This document shows positions 23,062 through 36,355 of a DNA stretch of 64,000 nucleotides, piece by piece. Source of the DNA: Scyliorhinus canicula (taxonomy: Eukaryota); the NCBI RefSeq assembly GCF_902713615.1, contig NC_052154.1:74209495-74273494 (forward strand), written 5' to 3'. The notes beneath the pieces are model-generated. The model ran no database searches. It was not told where the DNA came from and worked only from the letters and a program-made list of their open reading frames with translations. How positions within the stretch are numbered: the stretch's first letter is position 1; the number at the start of each line of letters is the position of its first letter. A program made the position numbers and the translations under genes.

Positions 23062-26000
23062 TGTGTGTATGTGTGCGTGTCAGTCTGTGTGTGTGTGTCA
23101 GTCTGTGTGTGTCAGTCTGTGAATGTGAGTCAGTCTGTGTGTGTTTCAGTCTGTGTGTGTCAGTCAATGTGTGTGTGTGTGTCAGTCTGTGAATTTGAGT
23201 CAGTCTGTGTGTGTCAGTCTGTGTGTGTGTGTCAGTCTGTGTGTGTGTGTCAGTCTGTGTGTGTCAGTCTGTGAATGTGAGTCAGTCTGTGTGTGTTTCA
23301 GTCTGTGTGTGTCAGTCAATGTGTGTGTGTGTGTCAGTCTGTGAATGTGAGTCAGTCTGTGTGTGTCAGTCTGTGTGTGTGTGTCAGTCTGTGTGTGTGT
23401 GTCAGTCTGTGTGTGTCAGTCAATGTGTGTGTGTGTGTCAGTCTGTGTGTGTGTCAGTCTGTGTGTGTCAGTCTGTGTGTGTGTCAGTCTGTGTGTGTCA
23501 GTCTGTGTGTGTGTGTGTTTCAGTCTGTGTGTGTGTGTTTCAGTCTGTGTGTGTCAGTCAATGTGTGTGTGTGTGTCAGTCTGTGTGTGTGTGTGTTTCA
23601 GTCTGTGTGTGTGTCAGTCTGTGTGTGTCAGTCTGTGAATGTGAGTCAGTCTGTGTGTGTCAGTCTGTGTGTGTGTCAGTCTGTGTGTGTGTGTGTTTCA
23701 GTCTGTGTGTGTGTCAGTCTGTGTGTGTCAGTCTGTGAATGTGAGTCAGTCTGTGTGTGTCAGTCTGTGTGTGTGTCAGTCTGTGTGTGTGTGTGTCAGT
23801 CTGTGTGTGTGTTTCAGTCTGTGTGTGTCAGTCTGTGTGTGTCAGTCTGTGAATGTGAGTCAGTCTGTGTGTGTGTCAGTCTGTGTGTGTGTGTTTCAGT
23901 CTGTGTGTGTCAGTCAATGTGTGTGTGTGTGTCAGTCTGTGTGTGTGTGTGTTTCAGTCTGTGTGTGTGTCAGTCTGTGTGTGTCAGTCTGTGAATGTGA
24001 GTCAGTCTGTGTGTGTCAGTCTGTGTGTGTGTCAGTCTGTGTGTGTCAGTCTGTGTGTGTGTTTCAGTCTGTGTGTGTCAGTCTGTGAATGTGAGTCAGT
24101 CTGTGTGTGTGTCAGTCTGTGTGTGTGTGTTTCAGTCTGTGTGTGTCAGTCAATGTGTGTGTGTGTGTGTCAGTCTGTGTGTGTGTGTGTTTCAGTCTGT
24201 GTGTGTGTCAGTCTGTGTGTGTCAGTCTGTGAATGTGAGTCAGTCTGTGTGTGTCAGTCTGTGTGTGTGTCAGTCTGTGTGTGTGTGTGTCAGTCTGTGT
24301 GTGTGTTTCAGTCTGTGTGTGTCAGTCTGTTTATGTGTGTGTCAGTCTGTGAATGTGAGTCAGTCTGTGTGTGTCAGTGTGTGTGTCAATCTGTGTGTAT
24401 CTGACAATCTGTGTGCCAGTGTGTATATGACAACCTGTGTGTGTGTGTGTGAGTCAATCTGTGTGTATCTGACAATCTGTGTGCCAGTGTGTAAATGACA
24501 ACCTGTGTGTGTGTGTCAGTCTGTGTGTGTGTGTCAGTGTGCAGTGTGTGTCAATCTGTGTGTGTGCTAGTGTGTGTATGACAGCCTGTGTGTGTGTCAG
24601 TGTGTCAATCTGTGTGTATGTGACAATCTGTGTGTGTGCCAGTGTGTGTGTATCTGGGTGTGTCCGTCTGTGTGTGTGTGTGTCAGTTTATGTCTCAGTG
24701 TGTGTGTGCCAGAGTGACAGTCTGTGTGTGTGTCTGTGTGTGTCAGTCTCTGTGTGCCAATGTGTGTCTCTGTGCCAGTGTGTGTGTCTGTGTATGTCAG
24801 TCAGTGCGTGTGTCAGTGTGTAAGTGTGAGCATGTGCATGTGAGGGTGTCAGTGTATGTCAGTCTGTGTCTGTCAGTCTGTCAGTATGTGTCAGTGTGAG
24901 TGACAGACTGTGAGGAATGTTAGTGTGTGTCAGTCTGTAATGTATATGTGTCAGTCTGTGTCAGAGAATGTGCCAGTGTGTAAGTGTGAGCATATGTGTC
25001 AGTGTATACATCTGTGAGTTGTGTGTCAGTGTGTATGTGTCAGTGTGAGTGTGTAAGTGTGTGTGTCAGATGTGTGTGTGTCAGTGTGTGTGTGAATATG
25101 TCAATGAGTGTATGTGTGTCAGTGTGAGTGTGTAAGTGTGTGTGTCAGATGTGTGTGTGTGTCAGTGTGTGTGTGAATGTGTCAATGAGTGTATGTGTGT
25201 CAGTGTGAGTGTGTAAGTGTGTGTCAGATGTGTGTGTGTCAGTGTGTGTGTGAATATGTCAATGAGTGTATGTGTGTCAGTGTGAGTGTGTAAGTGTGTG
25301 TGTCAGATGTGTGTGTGTGTCCGTGTGTGTGTGAATGTGTCAATGAGTGTATGTGTGTCAGTGTGAGTGTGTAAGTGTGTGTGTCAGATGTGTGTGTGTC
25401 AGTGTGTGTGTGAATGTGTCAATGAGTGTATGTATGTCAGTGTGAGTGCGTAAGCGTCAGTGCATGTGTGTATGAGTGTATCAGTACATGTGTGTGTCAG
25501 TGTGTATGTCAGTGTGAGTGTGCAGTGTGTGTGTCAGTGAGTGTGTCAGTACATGTGTGTGTCAGTGTGAATGTGTCAGTGTATGTATGTGCATCAGTGA
25601 GTGCGACGGTGTCAGTGTGTGTGTGTGTGTCAGTGTGGGTGTATCAGTGCATGTGTGTGTCAGTGTGAATGTGTCAGTGTGTGTATGTGCATCAGTGAGT
25701 GCGACGGTGTGAGTGTGTCAGTGTGTGTGTGTGTGTGTCAGTGTGGGTGTGAGTGTGTCCGTGCTAGTGTGTTTCAGTGTGAATGTGTCAGTGTGTGTAT
25801 GTGTGTCAGTGTGAGTGTGTCCGTGTGAGTGTGTTGGTGTGTCTGCGTGTCAGTGTGAATGTGTCACTGCATGTATGTATCCATGTGAGTGTGCCTGTGC
25901 TTGTGTATCAGGGTGAAGGTGTCAGTGTGTGTGTGTCAGTGTGAATGTGTCAGTGGGTGTCAGTGTGAGTGTGTCAGTGTGTGGGTGTGTCAGTGCGGGT

Positions 26001-26757
26001 ATGTGTCAGTGTGAATGTGTCACTGTGTGTATGTGTGTCAGTGTGAGTGCATCAGTGTGAGTGTGTCTGTGTGAGTGTGTCAGTGTGTGTGTGTGTTCAT
26101 GTGAGTGCATCAGTGTGAGTGTATCTTTGTGAGTGTGTCTGTTTGAGTTTGTCAGTCCATGTGTGTGTCAGTGCGTGTGTCAGTGCAAGTGTGTGTCCAC
26201 GGGAGTGTGTCAGTGCATGTGTATGTCTGTGTCAGTGTGTGAGTGAGTGTGTTCATGTGAGTGCGTCAGTATGTGTGTCTTTGTGATTGTGTTGGTAGAT
26301 TGTGTGTCAGTGTGACAGTGTGAGTGTGTTGGTGTGTGTGTCAGTGTGTGTGTGTGTCAGTCTGAGTGTGTCAGTGTGTGTGTCAGTGTGAATGCATCAG
26401 TGTGACTGTGTCAGTGTGTGTGTCAGAGTGTGTCAGTGCATGTGTGTGTGTGTCAGTGTGAATGTGTCAGTGAGAGTGTGTGTGTTAGTGTGCGTGTGTC
26501 AGTCTGAGTGTGTCAGTGTGTGTGTGTCTGTGTGAATGTGTCAGTGAGAGTGTGTGCGTGTGTCAGTGTGAATGTGTCAGTGAGAGTGTGTGTCAGTGTG
26601 TGTGTGTCAGTGTGGTGTTTGTTGGTGTGCGTGTGTCAGTCTGAGTGTGTCAGTGTGTGTGTCTGTGTGAATGTGTCAGTGAGAGTGTGTGTCAGTGAGA
26701 GTGTGTGTCAGTGTGTGTGTGTCAGTGCACGTGAGTGTGTCAGTGTGAGTGTGTATG
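23062..26757. repeat. Compound (GT)n-based repeat, about 3.7 kb
   Basis: (GT)nCAGTCT units with higher-order variants, decaying towards the 3' end. Confidence 0.95.
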
Positions 26758-27040
26758 TAATAATCTTTATTGTCACGTGTAGGCTTACATTAACACTGTA
26801 ATGAGGTTACTGTGAACAGCCCCCTAGTCGCCACACTCCAGCGCCTGTTCGGGTACACAGAGGGAGAATTCAGAATACTCAATCACCTAACAGCACATCT
26901 TTCAGGACATGTGAGAGGAAACCCACGCAGACACGGAGAGAATGTGCTGACTTCACGCAGACAGTGACCCAGGCCGGGAATTGAACCTGACACCCTGGCA
27001 CTGTGAAGCAACAGTGTTAACCACTGCGCTACCATGCCGC
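26758..27040 (-). mobile_element. V-SINE with L2-type tail
   Basis: Antisense head, core and tail. Confidence 0.7.
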
Positions 27041-27196
27041 CACATGCCAGTGTGGGGAGTGGGGGAGGGGTGGGGGGTGTGCTCCATCTGCAGAGCAGCC
27101 AATGAACAGAGTTTGAAGTGAGCTGGCAATGAGGGGGGAGCTCTGGCGGCTGAGAGGGCTCTGTGCTCAGTAACAACAGCAGCTGTACCATCTAAC

Positions 27197-27372
27197 TGAA
27201 ATGAAATGAAAATCGCTTATCGTCACAAGCAGGCTTCAAATGAAGTTACTGTGAAAAACCCCTAGTGGTCACATTCCGGCGCCTGTTTGGGGAGGCTGGT
27301 ACGGGAATTGAACTGCGGACCTGCCTTGGTCTGCTTTAAAAGCCAGCGATTTAGCCCTGTGCTAAAGCCAGC
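27197..27372 (-). mobile_element. Short tRNA-headed SINE just upstream of the predicted start codon
   Basis: TGAAA-repeat tail and antisense head; same family as 5036-5208. Confidence 0.7.
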
Positions 27373-27379
27373 TCTCAAC

Positions 27380-27434
27380 ATGGGAAAGTGGATTAGCCTC
27401 CACTCTGTGATCACCCTCACAGTCCTCTCTACAG
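27380..27434 (+). CDS. IgSF receptor exon 1: signal peptide MGKWISLHSVITLTVLST
   Basis: ATG in AACATGG context, hydrophobic core, phase-1 donor AG|GTGGGT that joins the V exon in frame. Confidence 0.65.
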
Positions 27435-27721
27435 GTGGGTCCCCACAAACCAACCCTCAATATCTTCAAGAGTTTCAATTCAATTTCTTCTCTGTAAGAA
27501 TTATTTTCCTGACTATTTCATTATGTCTCAATGATGCTCCGATGATTCGGGATGGAAGAGGTTTCAGAAAGTCCTGAGCTTGTGCAAGACGCTGTATAAA
27601 ACTCAAACTATTATCAATCCTGTGGAATGTTAACTCGTTAACTCTGTCCCACCCAATCTCCAGATTCGGAGTGTTTTCACCATTTTTGTTCTTTCGTTTC
27701 TGACATGTTGTTCTTCCACAG

Positions 27722-28039
27722 TTGCCGGGAATCCCATATTGCGGGTGCGTCAGTACCCGGACAAGCTGAACCAGACCAGAGGCACCAATGTGACTTTCTT
27801 CTGCACATTCCCGTTTGCCCAGGACATCTCCAGAGTCCGGGTCAACTGGTGGAAGGAGGGTGAACGGAGCTTCCTCCGGGAGAGAAGCGACAGCAGATAT
27901 CAGTTTGAAATCCGGAATAAAGCCAGCGCCTCCTTCCTGCTACTTGATGTGGATGTGCCGGATTCCGGTGTGTATTACTGTCGAGTTAACAAGGCGGACA
28001 AAGTGGGGAACGGCACCGGCACAAGGCTGCTGGTAACCG
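27722..28039 (+). CDS. IgSF receptor exon 2: VJ-type V domain
   Basis: Polypyrimidine-CAG acceptor and G|GTGAGT donor, phase 1-1. Motifs FFC..VNWW..DSGVYYC..GNGTGTRLLVT. Confidence 0.92.
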
Positions 28040-30411
28040 GTGAGTGACTGACAGCTGGAAATCTGCCTGGGAAATGTCACTGTAGCTCATCCTGTTACTG
28101 GGCAGCCAGTACCAGTCCTTAAGGACATTACAGATTAGTCAGATTAGTGTCAGCTCAATGATTCCAAACATTGACACTGAAATCATTGACCTGGGGCGGA
28201 ATTGCTCTGCCTGATGTGTGTTGGAGGCAACTTCAATTGAGGCATTCAACTTGGCATCGGCTGATTATTTGAATCGAAACAATGCTTATCTGCAATGATG
28301 CTGGGTTTGATTGAAATGTTTGTCTGGGGACTGAGAACCCCCGAAGCTGTGGGATTTGTTTCCCTATGGGCAGTCAGGTGGAGGGGGTCTGTCTGAAGAA
28401 ATCCTCAGCCCCTCACCAGTAATTTCCAATTTTAAAAAGCACTTTCCCCAGAGCCCCCCGCTTGAGTGTGTCTGAGGGGGAATCTTCCTGCCTAACGGGT
28501 TCAATCTCCAGTCCCCCGCTTCAACCCGACCCCCCTGTCGCTCAGAAATTCACCCAGTGTGAAATCTTGTTCAGTTATGAAAGACTTTTTCCCTGAACAA
28601 TTCCTGGATTCCTACTGGATATTGGACAGGCGTTGTGTCTGATTGGACCAGTCAAGTTTCTGACTTCGCCTGTCGACCTCGCTCCCCAGAAACGTAACGT
28701 GGACAAAAATAAACCATTAAAACAGCCAACCCAGTAAAATAGGAGTGTATAAATCTGAGAGTTTCCGTGTTTTTAAACATTTTCGCCTGAAAACGACAAT
28801 GGGAGCCCGATTCAAAATCCTCTCGCTCGTTAGCGGATGAATGAACTCCTTTATTTTGTGGCATAACTTGGCAACAATTGAAGGTCTGAAGAAGTGAATC
28901 TGGTTCTGAGGTTTCACGGACTCTGGGTTCCTTTCGAATCAATTCCTCCCCGGTCATTTTGCGTTGAATTCTTCCCTTGTTTTCTGTTCCAGCGCCTGTC
29001 GCTCCCTTTGCATCTGTCCAAAAGTGCAATTGTGAGCTGGATTTCACATGGCTTCATCACCGGGACCGTTGACAGAATATTAAATAAAACCATTGGGGAA
29101 CGAAACTGTGTCAGCCACTACAGGGAGTGGGGGGGGGGGGGGGGGGGGTGCATCGGGGTCCTGCTGAATAGAAAGATCCCATTCCAGGGGTTACTCTCAT
29201 TCCCAGCTGCTGAGGTTGAGATTGAGTTTCGGGTGATGTGGAAATCTCTCAGACAAGACGCGGCATTTTCAGATATTTCAGCAGTGAGACTCTGGATTTT
29301 TCTTGGACGTTTTCTACATCTCTGGGCCGGCTAACCCAGCACCAACTTACGCCCAGAGACACTATTGCCCGTCTCTCCTGGGACCTCTGGCCTCACTCTC
29401 TAAATCCACCCTCTCTCAGCCGGCCTCTGTATCTCAGTGGAGGTATGAAGGGTGCAGACACTCTCTGCACATTAATGAGCTGGACAAAGGAGCCGCTGCC
29501 TTGTGTCTGAGCCCTCACATCAAGGACAGAGAGATGGTAGGGTGCTGGTCCTGAAATTCTCCCGCACTTTGTCGCTGTGCGATTTCAGCCGCTGCCAATG
29601 TAGCGAACAGAGGGGTGACTCTGAGCATCTTGCAAAGAAGTCAGTTAGGGCTTGCAGTCAACGGCAGAGCATTAATAGATTTATTACTAAAATAGGGAAG
29701 AGGTCGGTGCAATTTTAACGCTGCAATGACTGATACCAACCTATTTGTAAAATGTATTCAGTTTATCCATTTTATCCCATGTGACAGGCGCATTTGACCG
29801 TTCAGGACCCTGAAATCATCTGGCCTCACAATTAGACACATTCGGCTGTTTTGGGAATATTTTCGGTCATTCTCTTTTTTTATAAGATAATTTTTATTCA
29901 AATTTTCACAAAAGATCAATAATTTTCGGTCATTCCCGCCACCTGCAGGGAGAAATGTCTCCATGTCCTCCACCGCGCACTGGCCAAAGAGTAGATTGTG
30001 TACAGGAGAGGGGGGCGGGGGGGGGGGGGCTAGAGAGAGATTTTTGAAGGAGAGGCTGTGTTAGCTGCTGACAGGTTGTAGGTGTCGGAGAGAGAATTCC
30101 AGCCCAGGGAATGGGCTGCCGGACAAAGCAGCGGTGAGAATGGCCGGCTGGGCATGAACAAAATGGGATGGGGGGGGGGGGGGGAGTCAAAGGACTGATT
30201 TGAAGATAAGGATGAGGATTTTAAAATCGATTGGTTGGAGTGAGGGGGAGAGGGTGTTCAGGGGAGCTGGACGCGGCCTGGGTGGGCAGGGGAACGGCCT
30301 CTGCATCGCTTCATTGGGGAACTTTATTCCTCGAGGTGGTCGCCGTTAAAGAGCCTTTGGCAGAAGAGAGGCAAGAGGAGGGGGCAGAGTTTGAGTTGTA
30401 ATAGAAACGGA

Positions 30412-30542
30412 AAATACTGGACAATTGTAGCAGATCTGACAACATCTGTGGAGACGTTTCGACAAAGAGTCATCCAGACTGGAAACGTTAGCTCTTCTCT
30501 CTCCACAGATGTTGTCAGACCTGCTACAAGTGTCCAGTATTT
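30412..30542. repeat. Penelope-derived hairpin, 43-bp arms with 2 mismatches
   Basis: 30412-30454 is the reverse complement of 30500-30542; spacer holds a decayed hammerhead-like GAGTC..GACT-GAAACGTT. Confidence 0.7.
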
Positions 30543-32154
30543 GCTGTTTTTGTTTCAGATTCCAGCATCCGCCGTCATTTGCTTTTATATTTGAGCTGTG
30601 ACCGTCCTCATGGGATGTTGGATAAAATGCTGAGCTTCCATTGAACAGTAAACCAATGTTCACATGTCCAAGCTCCTTGATGCTGGAAAGGGGGTCATGG
30701 ATCATGACGATTTTTTTTCAGCTTTATCGATCGTTAGCCCGGAGGCAGTTATGTCACATATTTAAAGATGTGAAAGACAGCGGGAGAGGTGCCGGCACCT
30801 CTGGGACCCAGCTGGAGTTAGGAGAGAGAGAGCAGCCTCTCTTTCGAGATTGAACCTTCAGCTAATATTCCAAAAGAAGTGGATAAAAATGAAGATAAAG
30901 ATGGCAATTGTCCAACACAGGGATATACAGAAGTGACCGGGCAGCCAAGAGTAGCGGCAGCTGACAATATAAACACAACTAGCTCTGAGATATTGTGAGG
31001 ACAATGTCATGGACAACCACATTGGGGGACACTGGCTGGGGCTGGTGATGTTAACACTGTTGGAGACAATGGGAGGTTGTTGGAGAGCCAGCCCTGATCT
31101 GTTACAAACAACGTTATACATTACTTTCTCCCCGTGTCTGCGTAGGTCTCACCCCCCACAGCCCAAAAAGATGTGCAGGGTAGGTGAATTGGCAACGCTA
31201 AATTGGAAAAAAAGAATGGGGTACTCTAAATTTTAAAAACAAGTTATTCATGACCTGGACCAGGATGTTTGTACTGTAGTAACCTGCACACAGAGACTCA
31301 GAGTGGATGTTAAACTATCTCAGGTCAGAATGGAAATGTTTATGTTCGTTGCAGAGCGTGATCGGGTCACGAAAGACAGAAACAAAACTCGCCTTGTCTT
31401 TAGGATGTGGAAAACCTGCCGAAATAATGAAGGGGAAACGCTTCAGATAATGGAACCGGGAGCCCACAGTGTGATTTGGAGATAGGCTCGCTGCTCTAAG
31501 TCCTCTGTCAGAATGGGGATCCTCGTTAACCGGGGCTACATCCACCCCCCCCCCCCCCCCAACCCCGGATTCTTCTCCGCCTCGACAAATTGTAACCGAG
31601 TAAAACAGGAAGCGAATGACAACAATCGAGTTGGGGATCATTAGTTCGACCCGCTGCATAGGCGCACATTTCAAAGCGAACCGTATAACGTGTACCCACA
31701 AACAGGAAAAACTAGTGTTCAATATTAACTCAACATGGACTTTTATCAGACAGACACAGCCTGAGAGCAGTGTAAACAAACACAAACACAATATATATTC
31801 AACATAAAGAAACCTTCTCCTGTGGTTATTACCCCAATGGGCGGTGTGTGCTTAACCCTATCAGTCCCCCACCCCCCTCTCCCAGAGGTTTCTCTAGAAA
31901 CAGCCACACTAACATCCCGGGTATGAGCTCCTGGATTATTGAGAGTTAGACATCATTCTTGTCCCTTCACTTTGAGCAGTTTTGATGGATCGAGAGTTGT
32001 TGACTCAGGTTCAAAAACAACGGAACGAGTTTATTCAGGGGGAAAAGGGGAGGATTATGGCTGGGGACAGAATCAGAGTTTTCTCCATATCCATTGGAAC
32101 CCTAACCTTCTGGACCTGCAAAGACTTAATTACCTGCAAAGACTTGCATTCAAA

Positions 32155-32499
32155 GGGGCAGCACGGTAGCATGGTGGTTAGCATAAATGCTTCACAGCTC
32201 CAGGGTCCCAGGTTCGATTCCCAGCTGGGTCACTGTCTGTGCGGAGTCTGCACATTCTCCCCGTGTGTGCGTGGGTTTCCTCCGGGTGCTCCGGTTTCCT
32301 CCCACAGTCCAAAGATGTGCGGATTAGGTGGATTGGCCATGCTAAATTGCCCGTAGTGTCCTAATAGTAAGGTTAAGGGGGGGGAGTTGTTAGGTTGCGG
32401 GTATAGGGTGGATATGTGGGTTTGAGTAGGGTGATCATTGCTCGGCACAACATTGAGGGCCGAAGGGCCTGTTCTGTGCTGTACTGTTCTATGTTCTAT
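32155..32499 (+). mobile_element. Full-length V-SINE with CR1-type tail
   Basis: GGGGCAGCACGGTAGC head through TGTTCTATGTTCTA tail; near-identical to 40173-40515. Confidence 0.85.
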
Positions 32500-32539
32500 C
32501 ATTTTGCATCATTGACTTTGTCTACATGTGTGTTTGTGT

Positions 32540-32686
32540 AAACCACTTCTTCACGCACTTGATGAAGGAGATACCCTCCGAAAGCTAGTGATTCCAACTA
32601 AACCTGTTGGTCTTCAACCTGGTGTTGTAAGACTTCTTACTGTGCCCACCCCAGTCCAACACCGGCATCTCCACATCATGGCTTCC
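32540..32686 (+). mobile_element. Penelope pLTR 3' fragment
   Basis: GAAAGCTAGTG..CCTGGTGTTGTAAGACTTCTTACTGTGC..CATCTCCACATCA matches the pLTR of 52232-56154. Confidence 0.75.
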
Positions 32687-34488
32687 CAAAGGGACATGCG
32701 GACAACAGGAGGCCACTCAGCCCCTTGGAGTCTGTTCTGCTAGCCCATGCGATCATTGTTCATCATTGACCTAATTCTACACACCCGCCTTTGGCTAAGA
32801 AAGGTTTTAGCAATCTCAGATTTAACATGTACAATTGGTGTAATATCAATTATTAGCAGTGGAAGAGAGTTCCAAATTTCTATTACCCTCTGTGGGTGAA
32901 ATGTTCTAACTTTGGTCCTTAAATATCTGCCTCTAATTTTTAAACCTTACTCCGAGTCCTAAACTCCCCAAGCAGCAGAAACAGTTTCTAGATATCGCCC
33001 ATATCTTTCATCTTAATACTTTGAACCTGCCCTTTAACCTTCTGAACATGAGGGAATACAATCCCAGTTTTTATGATTTAACCATTAAAGTGCTGATCTC
33101 ATCTGGTAAATCTACGCTGCATTCACTTCAAGGCCAATAGATCCGTCCTAAAGTTTGTTCAAAATTACTGATACCGACTCCAGATGTGGTCTTTATAGGA
33201 GTGAAGCAGGACTTCTGTCCCTCTTTGTGCCCTGGTCCTCCAGATTATAAAGGCCAACATTTAATTTGCCTTTTTAACCCAGTTCTGTACCAGGTCACGA
33301 CATTTCAATCATCAACTTTCACTCCACCACGAGTCTGTTCTGGACCGCCACTGGCTCCAGCTTTTCACCATTTGTTTAAGGAGATGGCCTCATTTGCCGC
33401 TATTGGAGTATATTTGATACAGTTTTTCCCATTCTCTTTGAATGATGAAGACATATTGATCGACTGTGTTCCCAGTCACATTGCCGCTCATCCGAGTACC
33501 TTCGGAAAATGTGGATCGGTGGCTCTCTGTCATATTATTAAACCGTTAATACATCAATAGGTGACTAGTTGAGGCCCCGACACACGTCCTTGTAAATCTT
33601 GTCATTTGGAGAATCTGCTCATTATCCCAATCTCAGCCTCTCGTGCCTCGCACGCCTTCAATAAGCAACGCGGGTTCAATTCCCGTACCGGCCTCCCCGG
33701 ACAGGCGCCGGAATGTGGCGACTAGGGGCCTTTCACAGTAACTTCATTTGAAGCCTACTTGTGACAATAAGCGATTATTATTATTATATTATTAATTCGC
33801 TTTCAATTCCATGGATTTAACCCTGGACAAGAGCTGGACATTCCCACACAAAAATCTCGCTGGATATTGCTCCGATTGAGCTATTGTCCCTGTTGGTTTG
33901 TCTGGACACTCGGGTGTGTGACGGATGAGAGTGAATTAACCCGAGTCATTCTCAGTGGATCTGCAGTTATTCAGAATAGAAATGGGTGCAATTTAACCCC
34001 CCCCCCCCCCCCCCAGCAGTGCCTTTGGGAAGAGCTTAGCGGGCGGGAGGTGGAAGATATTGGATACAATTCGGGCATTGACACAAATACCGACAACTGT
34101 GTGGGAGACTGGAAGCTGCCCAGGGATTGCTGTTAGTCTGGTTGGGATTGGGAATGAGCAGAAGCGGGAAACTCCCCCTTGTCCCAGTTTCTAATTCCAG
34201 AGCCATCCTCCTGTGCTAACCTGGGCGGAAACCTGGGAGGCATCGGCCTCCTTCACAAGGAAACACAATTATTACCAAGGTGACTAGAATAAGGGGGGGA
34301 TAGTTAAGGGTCACGGTGTGAATAAGAGCGAGAAATGGTTAAATACGAAGAAAGATACGTTGCATGGACATTGCAAAGTAAAATCAAACCAAGAGAATAA
34401 TTCAAACCGGGTGTGAAACAAATCTGATTCATTTCTACTCGAAACGACATGAGAATAATGTGATCTTTCTGTGCTCTGTCTCCCAAAG

Positions 34489-34794
34489 CTGCCCCCTATT
34501 CTCCCCACATTGTCCCCACTCTCTTTGGGAAAGGCTCGGCGCTTTTCCTCACACTGGCCTGCAACGCCGGCAGCTTTCACTCCCAGCCACTGAGCATCCG
34601 CTGGGCTGTGAACGGCACCGACTTTAGAAAGGGGACCCGCACAGATATACAGCCAGGACCGGGAAAACTCTTCCAGCATTCCAGCTATTTGGAGGAACCG
34701 CAGCCTGTGCAGAATGGGACAGTTTATACCTGCCGAGTGTCCTACCCGAACAATCCGATGCAAACCCATTACACCTACATTGCCAGTGCTGGAG
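34489..34794 (+). CDS. IgSF receptor exon 3: C1-set Ig domain
   Basis: AAAG| acceptor and G|GTAAGG donor, phase 1-1. LACNAGSFHSQPLSIRWAVNG...FQHSSYL...YTCRVSY with Trp at Cys+14 and 57-aa Cys spacing. Confidence 0.85.
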
Positions 34795-36244
34795 GTAAGG
34801 TCACTTCAACAGATTCGCAAACCTTTCACAACATTTTGTCAATTAACCCTAATGTGAACATATATATAACATTGTACAGTATTTACATCGTGATAGATAT
34901 CCCGGGATACACTGGGGGGGGGGGGGGGGGGGGGGATATCCCGCTGTTTTGTCACATTCATTCTGAAGATTGAAATAAAGCGAGATTTCCCATTGAAATC
35001 TGAGATGATTTTGGGTCACCCTGATTTGAGGAACACTGGCATTAAAGTTTACCTCGTGTCCAGCCACACCCCTGGAAGGTATCGCCCTCCACGTGGGATG
35101 TCCTGGCTGGAAGTGTGGGGCGAATATGAAGTTTCTAAAGGTAATTGGATCGAAACCTGAAAAGGAAAAAAAAAAATCCCGGATATGCATGGAAAGAAGA
35201 GGGGAATGGGATTAACTGGATCACTCTTTCATCGGCAAGAGGGGCCGAATGGCCTCCCCCTGTGCTCTCTATTTGCATCATGTCCCCTATCAGCGGGATT
35301 TCCCTCCCAGCAGAAACAGTTAATGGAAAATTAGCTGACATAGTCTCTATCAGCTTTAGAGTCGCCAGCAACAACCATTCCCCACTTTGGGCACGAGCTG
35401 GATGGGAGCATTGAAATAAGATTGACGGTCAGATTTCCCAGAGACCGTCTCCCCCGCTCACACACCCAGCGCTAAATGGCAGAGGGGAAATACAATAGAA
35501 ACTGTGTATTTTATATTAACACAAAGGATCCCTAACCGAACAGGCAACTTTATTCAAAGTCACTTGGATGGCATTGACCTTGATTTTAACAGCATTTAGA
35601 TTTAGCAGAAAGTCTTTATAGCACACGTATGTATTGGAGAGTGAAGACCCAAAAATCTATAGGTTTTGCTGCAACAACCTGATCTGGAATTGAAAAGGTC
35701 ATGCACATTAATGTGATGCATGTTAGTGCCTAGGATGCTTGGAAACAAATAACTATCTTAACAAAAGCCTTCTCACAAACTTGGAACCTCTTTAAAGTAG
35801 CAATATCCCTATGTTAAAAAAAAACTCCTGTCCCTGTAGTTGAGAAATGGAAGTAGAAACTGTTTGATTTTAAATGGAGTTGACTCATTTTAGCAGGGGC
35901 TGAGCACAGCTCAGAGAAGAGTGAGCTTTTACAATGAATGGAGGCACAGTTAGAACAAGAGAGGGGTGAGAAGGTAAATTAAAACATTTCTCCTCTACCT
36001 AATACCCCATTGCCACCCTGACAATTTTAACAATACATGTATATTTCTAACCAGTATTATTTGTAACCACTATGCTTACTTGCAGGATGTGGTAATAGTC
36101 AGATTAAATCATACTGTTAATCTGTATATCGGTGCTTGAATTAAGTGTTAAAACCTGCATATGTTGTATTGTGCACATATTTCCTGTGGTGTCATATAAC
36201 TATTACATTGAGTTATGCATAGTCTGCATTTTGAAATTTTGCAG

Positions 36245-36355
36245 AGCAAAACTCAGGTGTACCCTGGTGGATCTATATCTGTATTGGGAGTGGGGCTTTC
36301 CTCTTGCTGCTCCTGATTATTACATCAATCCTTTGTAAATTCTGTGTGTGCAGAG
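36245..36355 (+). CDS. IgSF receptor exon 4: transmembrane segment
   Basis: TTTTGCAG| acceptor and G|GTAAGC donor, phase 1-1. EQNSGVPWWIYICIGSGAFLLLLLIITSILCKFCVCR. Confidence 0.85.

Noticed and set aside
23141-26801. Val/Cys/Ser-rich ORFs
   Set aside because: Translation of the GT repeat.
27700-28100. Recombination signal sequences around the V exon
   Set aside because: No CACAGTG heptamer with a 12/23-spaced nonamer seen next to the exon; the J-like strand is already in frame and followed by a splice donor.
31591-31952. TG...CA-bounded segment resembling a solo LTR
   Set aside because: Flanks CAAAT and TCATT do not form a TSD and there is no second copy in the window.
32155-32230. tRNA-gene-like A/B boxes here and at other SINE heads
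   Set aside because: They are SINE heads that continue into V-SINE cores, not complete cloverleaf tRNA genes.
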